Shown: positions 52,827-64,000 of the stretch, piece by piece | Position numbering within the stretch: position 1 is the first letter of the stretch | Layout: each line of letters begins with the position of its first letter | Assembly (NCBI RefSeq): GCF_006345805.1 | Contig: NC_043015.1 | Span: forward strand, 25,978,001-26,042,000 | Length of the DNA stretch: 64,000 nucleotides | From: Octopus sinensis | Lineage: Eukaryota | Reading direction: 5' to 3' | Made by a program: the position numbers and the translations under genes | Notes under the pieces: generated by a model | What the model was told of the DNA's origin: nothing | The model's input: only the letters and a program-made list of their open reading frames with translations | Database searches by the model: none

Positions 52827-52971
52827 CGAGGGTCTTCTTTCAGTTTCCATCTACCAAATCTACTCACAAGCTTTGCTCGGCCCGAAGCTATAGTAGAAGA
52901 CACTTGTCCAAGTTGCCACGCAGTTGAAGTGGACCGAAACCTTATGGTTAGGAAGCAAGCTTCTTACGACA
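52602..52971. repeat. Near-perfect ~147-bp inverted repeat around a (TA)n spacer
   Basis: 52602-52748 is the reverse complement of 52826-52971 apart from a 1-bp indel (aaagccttg versus aaagcttg). Confidence 0.95.
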
Positions 52972-53750
52972 CAGCCATGATATATATATATTTCGTTTTC
53001 TGCCTGTACTAGCAACCTCCTCGTTTTATTCTCCTCCTCCAGTGTGCGCATCTATTCTAGTATGTTTAAAACATGTAGGACACAGATGTAGGTAGATAGA
53101 GGAAGAGAGAGGGAATGAGAGAGTGAAAGACAGGGCAACACAATGTCAGAGAAAATATGTGTGTGTGTGTGTGCGTTTGTGTGCCTGTGTGCGTGCGTGC
53201 GTTTGTGTGTTTGCGGTATTTACTTGTCTAACTGTAGTTGCCCATATGAATATAGGTCTCACATTCTACATCGAGGTCTCTTATTATTTATCAGTGAGGA
53301 AACTTTTTTCACTATAGGATTCTGTTTTAGCATTCTCGTTTTGCCAGTGAAATATGTATATCTATATATTTCAACATACATACATGTGCATACAGAAATA
53401 CAGAAATATTATGTACAAGTGTGAGTACGTATATATTATATTCATAAAAACAGTGTATACGTTAAAAATAATACTTTGGTTTGCAAAAGAACATAGATTT
53501 AGGCAATTACATGAGTATTATTGGTCAATAGGCATTAGATTTATGTGTATATATCTAATATAAATGCATATATGCATATATGCGTACACAAACAAAAACA
53601 TACGCATACAAACACAGACATATACAGTGGGAAAGTGAGAAAGAGAGAGAGAGGATGAGAGAGGGAAAGAGAGATGCATACGGACACACAGAGTGGCAGA
53701 TATATATAGGTATCTGCATATAAATATGTATATGTACGCTCACAGATATA

Positions 53751-53803
<53 letters not shown>

Positions 53804-54034
53804 GATACAGGTTTATATTAATATAATTATATCTTTATTATATTTGTACACAGAGATGCACAAACATATAAAGTTCACATATACACACCTTATGTCTTGT
53901 ATGTGCATGGATGAGCGCGTAAATACCTGTGTATATACATTAATACATGCATGAGTTAAGTAACCAGTATGCTTATGTATTTATATTTGATGGGCGTCTA
54001 TTAGAATATATAACTATAAATACATGTGACCGCG

Positions 54035-54225
54035 TGTGTACCGTTGGCGATTTTTTTTCCATCCGTCTTCCCTTCTTTGGATCTTTCCTTTTCCTACGTT
54101 TCTGACGAAGAGCTCCGCTCGAAACATTAGACCCTCCTTCTTTCCCTCTTTCCTGAGCGTCCAATAATACTATACTTGTTCCGCATCCTCGCGTATTGTG
54201 TTTCTTGTGTGGATTAACTATATAT
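54035..54225 (+). mobile_element. Solo PLE pLTR ending in (TA)n
   Basis: Shares the gaagagc...gctcgaaac and tcctgagcg..aatac layout with 48050-48120. Confidence 0.8.
54098..54132 (+). ncRNA. Minimal type I hammerhead ribozyme motif with canonical core
   Basis: GUUU-CUGACGA-A-GAGC(ucc)GCUC-GAAA-CA-UU-AGAC. A CpG-type change breaks the stem III palindrome. Confidence 0.75.
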
Positions 54226-55263
54226 AATATTATATATGTATATATATATATATATAATATATATAATATATTATATAATATATATATATCGATAAAATAC
54301 ATATATTTTTATATATATATATAGATAGAGAAAGAGAGAGAGAGAGAGAGATAGGTAGATAGATAGATAGATTATTATATGCGTTTATATGTGAATATAT
54401 CATTTAATATATATGTACATGTATATATATATAAATACTTTTATATATTTACATATAAGTAAATATATATTATATTAAATATACATACATGCACACACAC
54501 ACACAAACATATATATATGTGTGTGTGTTTATATGTTTATATATATATATATATATAGTTAGATAGATAGATAGATATAGATATAGATATATACATATAT
54601 TCATATAAACATACATACATACATACACACACACATATAAATATATAGGTAATTTAGTATATGTGGTATGTACTTTGGTTGCAATCTCGGAATTTGATAA
54701 CCGTTTCTCACGAAGCACCAATATTCTCAAGAATCGTTCCCATTTTTATTCAATCGTGTGCATAACTTATCATGCATTGGTATTTATGTATAAACATGTA
54801 TAATAGCACACGTTTATCAACACGTAAGAACACTTACAACAACGTGTGCTTCTATTCAAAACACACACACAAGTATACACACACGTACACACACACAGAC
54901 ATATATATATATGTATATATTTGTTTAACTATACGTATCAAATCATATATATTGTATAATATTTATATATAATATATACACATAAGTGTTTGTGTGTATG
55001 TATGTGTGTGTGCTTGTGTGTGTGTGTGCGTGTTTGTGCGTGAGTGTGTGCATGCGTGTGTCCGTATGCCTTGTAAAGTAATATTTGTGCATTTAGGCCA
55101 AAATTAATCAATGTTTCACCGCAATCTCTAATTTCCTGCCTGATTGTTGAATAAATTTCTATTCGGTAAGATTACGCGCGCGAGCAACATTCACACACAC
55201 ACACAGACACACTCACAAGCACACACGCACACATATAATTACATTTATATAATTGTATATATG

Positions 55264-55323
<60 letters not shown>

Positions 55324-55795
55324 GTATATATATATACACATGTATATATATATATATATATACACACACACCTTCGTGTGTGTGTGTGTGTGGTGTGTGT
55401 TTATGTATGTACTCATGTATATTTCGCGGTGCTATCATTAATCATTTGCCCATTTGTACGGTGTAATTTTATTTCCATCGGAATATTTTTGATGTATGAA
55501 AATCTCAAGGAAAAAAATAAAGAAAAAATCGAAGAAAATGAGCCCGTTTCTCTCAACTGGCATTCATGGCGAGCAACTTCTAACACACAATTCGATTGAC
55601 CTTGTTGCTAACATTTATAAGATAATATCTGACATATTTCCATCCTTCGGTCGTTTGCTGTTGGGCGTGATAGAGTTTTCAATATCTAACAGGCGTTCTA
55701 AGAAGATTTCAAGTTGAAAAGACGTGGAGGTACGAAGTTTTCATATCAAATATTCTTTCATCGAAAGCTGTCGGCTTTCACAAACAAATGTTGTT

Positions 55796-55889
<94 letters not shown>

Positions 55890-56226
55890 CAACAATAATA
55901 ATAACAGTAATAATAATAATCCCTTCAGTGTTAAATAAAGTAAGAATTATCATATCGACTATCAAATTGGAAATTGCTTCAAGGATAGCATATGTTGTAT
56001 AAAGGAACCCCTTTTAGCTGTTGAATGTGTGTATATAAAACGAAGAAAAGATGTAATTATAGATGATTTCCATTATATATATATATTGGATTGTTCCAAT
56101 AGTTATCTAAACTTCAAAACTCAATGACTTTACATAAAGGCAACTCTTACGAAAATCCATTATGTTTTCTTGTTGCTCCTTCGTTTCGATTTTTGTAAGG
56201 ATTTCTATAAAATTTTGCTCTGTTAC

Positions 56227-56403
56227 CTAGCATTCTATATATCGAGATATGAAACTATCTCGATGTATCTGCGGTACATATCCGAGAAAATGGGCGAGAG
56301 TTTTACTGCGTTGTTTGACTCGTGAGAAATAGCAGCCATATCTTCGTAGACTGCAACCATAACCTCATAAAAGGGGGCAAAAACCAGATAGTCGTACACA
56401 TAC
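56227..56403 (-). other. Candidate 177-nt exon
   Basis: cccacctgtccttttag| acceptor and CTAG|gtaaca donor. The phase-2 frame is open for 55 codons (YVYDYLVFAPFYEV...SYLDI) and then hits a TAG. Confidence 0.25.
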
Positions 56404-56778
56404 CTAAAAGGACAGGTGGGAATTGAAGACTTGTTCACATAATCAGATGAACATACAGAGGGAACTACAAAAACAGAGAAACTGTAAAATTAAGGCGGTT
56501 ACAAATGCATAAATCTAGACTTTTATAATTATGAAATATACATGCGAAAACACATAAACACAAACACATATGAATACACACAGTGACGTGAAAGACACAT
56601 CAGTGTTTGGCTCCCGCAGACTTCAGATTGGAAGAACCGTTGAAACTTCGAAGTCAAAGTTATTAAACATTTGTTAATTATCCTTTTCTTGCTGTCACTC
56701 CTTTCTTTTATTGTATTTTCCCAGATTTTATGCTTATATAAATATATTCTTTTGTGCACACAAGCACACACACATATG

Positions 56779-56864
<86 letters not shown>

Positions 56865-56881
56865 ATATATGTATATATATG

Positions 56882-57815
56882 TTGTGTTCGACGTTTTTTT
56901 GGTGTCCTGTACCCATATATGCATGTATATATACATGTAGATGTAGTTACGTACATATATGTATGTATATATGCATATGTTTTATTTATTAATTTGTTAT
57001 TATACGACAGAACGCACGCATCCATTTCTAAGTAAGTTTGTTCTTAATATTAATACTGATGCGCACTCTTAACCTTTCTGTCCTCCTACCTTTCTCAGCC
57101 TTCCTTCTTTCTGGTTTCCTTTTCTTCTACCTTACTGTCTCCCCCCCTCTCTCTCTCTCTCTCATTCTTCATTCTTTCTGGTTTTCTCTACAACCATTCC
57201 TCTTTTTTCTCTCCCCTTCCCTTTCTCCTCCTCCTCTGTCCCGTCGCTGGTCAGCGATGAGGAAACTACTGTCTTTTCTGACCTTGCTTCACCCGAGTGT
57301 AGACGGCATTTTCTGTGGCTCCTTCGCCGTTCTCAAAAGTAGCGTTTGTAACATTTTATCGCGTTCGGCTTAACAGCCCTTCTTGTCTGTGTTACTATTA
57401 TTTTCCTTGTCCTGTCTTTTACTGTTTATATTTTGTACTGTCGTTACTGTCCTGTTTTTGTTACCATTTTTACCCCTCCGCAAAAAAAATCTCAAATTTT
57501 CTTTAATTTGCTTTTCGCGGGAAGGAATGTTTCAGTCGAAATTGCATCTCGCCTTCACCTTCGAAACGCAGAGTAGATGAAACCATGGTGACTGAAGAAG
57601 GGGAATTTTCCTTGTGTTATTTGTCATGTACTCTATTTTTTCGTTGTTTAAGAAAAATGTCCAGTTCCTTGGTTTTGTGTTTATGTTTTCGTTTCTCATT
57701 GTGTTCGACGTTTTTTTGTATCCTGTACCCATATATGCATGTATATATACATGTAGATGTAGGTACGTACATATATGTATGTACATATACATATGTTTTA
57801 TTTATTAATTTGTTA
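56882..57815 (+). mobile_element. Second non-coding PLE-like remnant with ~120-bp terminal direct repeats
   Basis: ttgtgttcgacgttttttt..tcctgtacccatatatgc...aatttgtta occurs at 56882 and 57699. The interior is C/T-rich and the flanks are TA tracts. Confidence 0.7.
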
Positions 57816-57989
57816 TATATATATATATATATACACACATATGTATACACATGTATATATACACACATATATATACATATGTATACACATGTATATATAT
57901 ATATACATATATATATACATATAAATATTTTATTTTATTTATACTTTTAATTGTGAATTTATTTATTTATCTATGTAATTTAGTTGTAA

Positions 57990-59110
57990 AAATTTGTCTG
58001 TGGTGGGGTCAAAGGAGGCTCATTAGCCGTGGTGAAGACAATTCTTCTGGGAGAGGGACACTCTGACATAAAACCAGGTGATGGTAATCATCAGTTACCA
58101 TCATTTAGTGTAATGCCTAATGACATTTTTGGTTATTCATCTCAAGATAATCACACTGACCGCTTTGAATACCGTGTTGTGAAGGTTTCATATTCCCCAA
58201 ATTGTGAGTCTTTTCAAAACCCCATATTTTTGCTAACATATTAATTTTATGGACTTTCACATACTCACCTACCAGGTGATTATTGCACAGATTAGAAAAC
58301 AGATTCAGTAATGCTCTTCCGGTCAAATGCTTATTTGATCTTTTAAGGATTTCTTCTGCACTTCTGTCTCATCCAAATCTTTAAATGCTCAATGGCTTCT
58401 GTTATTCCACAGATGATAGTTCATCCACTTTCTTTTCTTCCAGTCGTACGTGAATTATCAGAGCCTTTCTCCCATTAAGCACCTTCGTCGTGACTCTACT
58501 AAAATGGTTCTTACTGCATTTCTTGGACGTTAATATGAGATATTATTGGTTCCGTGTCAATACTAAACACAGGCACTCTTTGATTATCTCTTTATTTTAC
58601 CTTCTAATCTTGTTTATTATTTCGTATGCTTTATTGACCCCTTCTGCTATCTCCTGTGTTGAGTCATTCATCTGTTTAATCAGTTTTCACTTCCAGGAAT
58701 CTTTTATTCCTTCATCTTTTCTTCAACAAGAAAAACATCACCACCAGCAACGACGATATTTCACCTCTATTGTGGCTTCGTTATTCAGTTATTTCTCTTT
58801 TAATGGCCATTTTACCACCTCTCAAACTTCCAGTAATTTCCTTTTGTTCCTTTTCTGACACAACGACTTCCTACGGTTCGTCTGAAATCTATTCTCTTTT
58901 GTTTTCTTTTACATTTCTTCTACCCTGAAAACTGTAGCTACACATTCTTGTATGACATTATTCCACCCACTTTTCACGTCTACATCGTCTTGCTAGCTTC
59001 AAGCATTACAAATGCTACACAATTTTTAATTAAAAATTCATCTGTATTTCTATCGTCCTTCAACTCTTCTACAGAAAACCAGTTAATATCGTTCATATTT
59101 TCTTTACCTT
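57990..59110 (-). mobile_element. Highly decayed LINE (linker and early RT motifs)
   Basis: The minus strand gives MNDINWF... and RALLNLFSNLC...IWGFEKTH, resembling RPISLL..FSK...Q.GFR..HS. Confidence 0.55.
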
Positions 59111-60719
59111 TCAATCGCAACTGAATAATTATCTCATTACAAAATTATGCTCGCTACATATATATGTACCCCCAAACCTTGTCACATTCAACGGTGATTT
59201 ATTTTGCGTATTTAATTCCTATAGGATCTTTTTTTATTACGATACTTGTGGAGAAGCCCTAATACATTTACGAATATATTTCTCTTTATAAAGAATATTC
59301 CGTATGATAATATTGTTGACTACAGAGAAACTGGTTAATCTATCAGACTTTTCATTAACATTTCTAGCCCAATTAAAACTCATCGACATTGTTATATACA
59401 ATCAGTTCATACATATAGATCATCAATCACAATTTCTATATCTCTTCTTGATGTATTATCGATTACTCCTTGCAGCAATTAGTAGAGAGAAGCTTTCCAT
59501 TCACCGAGTGTATTGTTTATAGCAGTACAATTAGACGTAACACTGGTTCTCCATTGTTCAGCTTGTGTTCTTTTAAAGAATTCTACCATTAGATAAATTT
59601 CTCCATTGAAATCTTACTCTCGAATCTACACTATTTGCGTAAGTCCTTTTAGCTTTGATAGTTTTCGTTTCTGATGTTATAAATCCGATTAGGATTCGAG
59701 ACCAAGCTACCATCACGTGAGATGCAATCCCCAATTTCACACCGTTGATCTTAAGGCAAAATAAATCTCTGAATTTCTCACCGAATATACTCGTACTATT
59801 ACATACGATTGTTGACGTCATAGTTTGGAAGAAAATATTATATTTTATTGTGGTTTGACAGACAGAAAATGTGTCAATTTAATGAGAGTAATAGATCGGG
59901 GAAATAATATGTTGAATAGTCTTGACAATCAGTACCCACAAAAAATGAAAATGGGAGGGGAGTGCTGCGGAAAACTGTTGTCACCTTTTTTGCTGGCTGT
60001 TATAGTTAAGTACAGTACGAAGGAAAAGTTGTTTACTTCATAGATTGAAAGAGATAAAAAATGAGTGTATGTGAAAGCCAAGTATTTATTATTCTATTTA
60101 TCTAAAAGCATTAGAATTGATGTAAATGAAATGAAATCTGTCTGGTTTGAAACCGTATCTCTCATTCAGATCTTTGCAATCCTGCGTCACTAGCTGGAAG
60201 AAATTTAGTCCTCAGCTGTTAGCCAACCATCCTATTCGTTCGACTACAAGTTAAAAAAAGTATGACTATGGCACGCCATAAAATATAATTCGATGATAGG
60301 AAATCTGATAATGCAAGTGTTGTTAGCAGAGACAAGTATTAATTGTCGACTTTTTTTAAAAAAAGAGAAATAAAAATTATGAAGACATTTTTAAAAATGA
60401 AGCATTTGTTCATTTTGAGAAGGAGAATGGCACTCAAAAAGGTTTCATTCAAACCAAACTGTAATTTACGTGCGAATGCTTTAACGCTCATCATTTTCAT
60501 TTTTATAATTCATTTGATTAGATTAGATGCAAATGGATTCATTAGATTGTCACATGATTCACTGAACAAATGTCAAAGTGTGATGAGCTTTTTAATGCCA
60601 CGAAATATTTTTCCACTGCAAGAGCAAATACTAACGGTTGTCAACACCGTCGTACATTGTCGAACCAAATACATATATCTCCACTTATTGCGGGTGTGTG
60701 GTTCCAAGAAAACTCAGTG

Positions 60720-60905
60720 ATAAATGTGCACAGTAAAACTGTTACAAAAAGCTTGCCTCCTTGGCATGGCCAGATAATCAAGCAATTATCAGATAGCTGA
60801 AAAAAACGAATAGCATGGTACTGTAGGCAGCAGGTAGGAATCCCGCTACGCATGCAAGTCTCCAGGAGCTCCAACAAAACACGTAAGAAAGAGGAAAAAA
60901 TAATA
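60720..60905 (+). mobile_element. R4/Dong-like 3' end
   Basis: Close to the reverse complement of 20705-20880 (ctgttacaaaa...cctcctt.gcatgg..aga...cgctacgcatgcaagtctccagga). Confidence 0.8.
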
Positions 60906-61084
60906 GGTAGATAGACAGGCAGATATAGATAGATAGATAGATAGATAGATTGAGTGATTGACTGATTGACTGATTGATCGATTGATTGAAAGATAGATAG
61001 TGAGACCTTTGGAAACAGGTTCTGTATGTCCTTACAGAATTAACCGGAGCAAATATAATCGGGAGCTCTGAGATGTAAAATGAA

Positions 61085-61158
<74 letters not shown>

Positions 61159-61614
61159 GAACACAGAATACTACTGGGAGAAGAAACCGTAATAGGCAGA
61201 GATAACAGAATGTAAAACTAAATACGAAAACTCGTGAAATGCGATTAATAAGAAGGAAATGACAAGAACAACAACAACAACAACAACAACAACACTATCG
61301 AAGGGTAAAAGATAACTGGAGGTGCATTATTTGTACAGCCACTTGAGTACATAGAATACGAACTGATAACACGGCAAACTTATTCTATTTCGATCATGTA
61401 CTTAAAATTGTCAGTTTATTCCGATATTTCTAAATTCAACAAGATGGTGATATTGGCAGTAATGGCTACTAACTGAACCTGGTGCTTTGACAAATATTGC
61501 CATAATGCCCACCCTCACTCTCTTTCTTTCTTTCTTTCTTTCTTGAGTTCCTTTCTTTCGTTTTATGTTCTTCACATGCGTATATGTGTGTATGCGCGTA
61601 TGAATGTGTGTATA

Positions 61615-61688
<74 letters not shown>

Positions 61689-61699
61689 GTGTGTGTGTG

Positions 61700-62010
61700 T
61701 GTGTTTAGAAGGTTGAAAAGGAACACACGAGTTGATATATATAAGGAAAATAAGACAAAATAGAAAATGCTAAAATAATTTTATCATGAAGAACATTTTA
61801 GTACCGGTTTCAGACTTTGCGACTTTTTCAACATGAAAAATTGTGGAAAAATTAAATAAAATGTTTTCTAAAAATATTTCCATAGTTTTTAAATGCAAGG
61901 GACATTTTCCTTTTTTCAGTCTGTGTTTGTCTTTCTTTTTTACTCTTGTGGGTTCAAGGTAGTTAGCAGCAGCTAGTTTGATATGAATTCTTGTCTTTGA
62001 TTGTTTAAGC
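61700..62010 (-). mobile_element. Probable inverted PLE pLTR fragment with a degenerate hammerhead
   Basis: The minus strand reads UUGAAAA-AGUCGCAAAGUCU-GAAA-CCGG-UA at about 61800-61832, next to a plus-strand GIY-YIG fragment. Confidence 0.5.
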
Positions 62011-62033
62011 AGCAGTAGTAGTAGAGAAAGGAG

Positions 62034-62330
62034 ATGGTGAAGGGGAACCTGATATATGTATTAACCTGCTCTGGGAGTCGTGAGCAATACATAAGCCAAA
62101 TCAAAAACAGTCGACATCAAAGAATGGCTCTGCACAGATCCCAGATCAAAATTCCGAAAAGCAGAAAAATAGCATTCAGCGAACACATCGACATTTGCGC
62201 CAATAACAAACAACGCAGTTTCAGAATTTTTGCCCCTCTATCAATTCAGGGACGATACAACCTGTAGTCAGCGCATTAATAAAGACTCATTCTTTATCAC
62301 AAAATATAAACACATTTTGAATGCATCCAC
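62034..62330 (+). pseudogene. PLE GIY-YIG endonuclease fragment
   Basis: GNLIYVLTCSGSREQYISQ...RMALHRSQI...SEHIDICA...FRIF, then a frameshifted ...QRINKDSFFITKYKHILN. Confidence 0.85.
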
Positions 62331-62572
62331 CACAAATGACACTATCACCGGGTCCTTAGAATATAACACATACAAATATTAAAAACGATACATTCAAAAT
62401 AGTCACTTCACATAAATTTATTCAGAACAGTTCCAATCACTACTATTCCAATCACAACGGGTCACTTTTAGGTCACTTGACCATTTAAGAGTATCCCATC
62501 AACATCCTGCTACTATCATACTACTCCTGCATTCTTCTTCTTCTTCTTCTTCTTCTTCTTTTTCTTCTTCTT

Positions 62573-62655
<83 letters not shown>

Positions 62656-63572
62656 TGTAGTAAAGCGAGCAGCCACATCAAAGTGGCAGATGAATGTTAC
62701 TACTAGCTTAACCCCAGGCGGAATCTCTGCCAGCTGGTTTTTGGTGCTAGTTCTGCACCCTTTATGTAAAATACATCGCTAGCAGAGGGAGCGAACCCGG
62801 CCGGTCCTCTGATCCTGTATATAGAATACACACAAACATACATATACATATATACATATTTATACATACACACACATATATAGATCGAAACATAGATAGA
62901 TACTTACATACATACATGCATACATATAGACATACATACATACATGATCCCATAGATGCATACATACCTGTTTTACATACATGCATACACACATACATGC
63001 ACACACACATACATGCACACACACACACACATGCATACATAGGCACGTACGTACGTACGTAAATACGTACATACGTGAAATGATAGAGCAATATTCAGCC
63101 TCCTTTCATTTTTTTACTTTAATATTCCTTTCTTCCTGTTTCATAGTACTTTTGTTGTTTTCTGTAAATCGTTTTTTTTCGCCCTTCTTCCTTTCTTTCC
63201 TTATTTCTTCTCTTCATTCTTCCTATTTTCCTTTTCATTCTTCATTCCTTCTATTTTTTCACTTCCTTTCTTTATCTCGTTCATTCATCCAATGTTCACC
63301 ACTTTTCTTCAACTTATTTTTGCATACTGCTTCGCTAATCATTTCTCGCTTCATTCAATATCATTCTTGTTGCTGTTGCTCTTTTGTTACTCAGCACTTT
63401 TTTTCTCGACATTCTTTAATTCTTGAAGAGAGCACTAAACCGTATTAGTATTCTGTATATATCTTATGTCATTTCCATTTCACTGGGTGCATATATATCT
63501 GCTGTGAAGAGAGATGTTATGGGTGCAAGAACAGGAGTCAAACACTAAAGCTTGAAGGCAAAAATTATCTGA

Positions 63573-63836
<264 letters not shown>

Positions 63837-64000
63837 CTATCTATCTATCTATCTGACTGTCTATCTGTCTATCTGTTTGTCTGTATGTATGTCTAACTAA
63901 CTATCCTAAGAAAATGTAACTCAATCCTGCAACACATTTGTATGTATGTGTGTAAATGTGCTTGTAAGTGTATAGGTATCTCTCTCTCTCTCTCTCTCGC

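Larger units (their letters stand above)
51460..52980 (-). mobile_element. Family-A SINE split at its internal TA tract (3' half 51460-51665, 5' half 52826-52980) by nested insertions
   Basis: Both halves are on the minus strand in the expected order. Between them lie a pLTR-type element and an inverted SINE head. Confidence 0.75.

Noticed and set aside
58255-58275. Strong minus-strand donor GTAG|GTGAGT
   Set aside because: It lies inside a decayed LINE and I found no matching acceptor or open frame.

Overview
AT-rich, microsatellite-dense eukaryotic non-coding DNA. The SINE families and the repeat landscape most resemble an octopus (coleoid cephalopod) genome; this is an inference from recalled repeat sequences, not a database match. 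I see no intact protein-coding gene. Almost all listed ORFs are translations of microsatellites or fragments of decayed transposons. The window holds many tRNA-type SINEs, some in tandem arrays. It also holds decayed LINEs (CR1/L2-like, L1/Tx1-like, RTE-like and R4/Dong-like copies in TAA tracts), two mariner relics and at least seven Penelope-like element (PLE) remnants, most bounded by (TA)n. Several PLE pseudo-LTRs (pLTRs) carry minimal hammerhead ribozyme motifs with variant cores. Two other pLTR-type elements lack a canonical hammerhead but share an unexplained structured motif. Other points are a near-perfect inverted duplication of target DNA beside one insertion, several microsatellite-bounded local duplications, and a low-confidence chain of small phase-compatible minus-strand exons running off the left edge. 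Boundaries of decayed elements are approximate.
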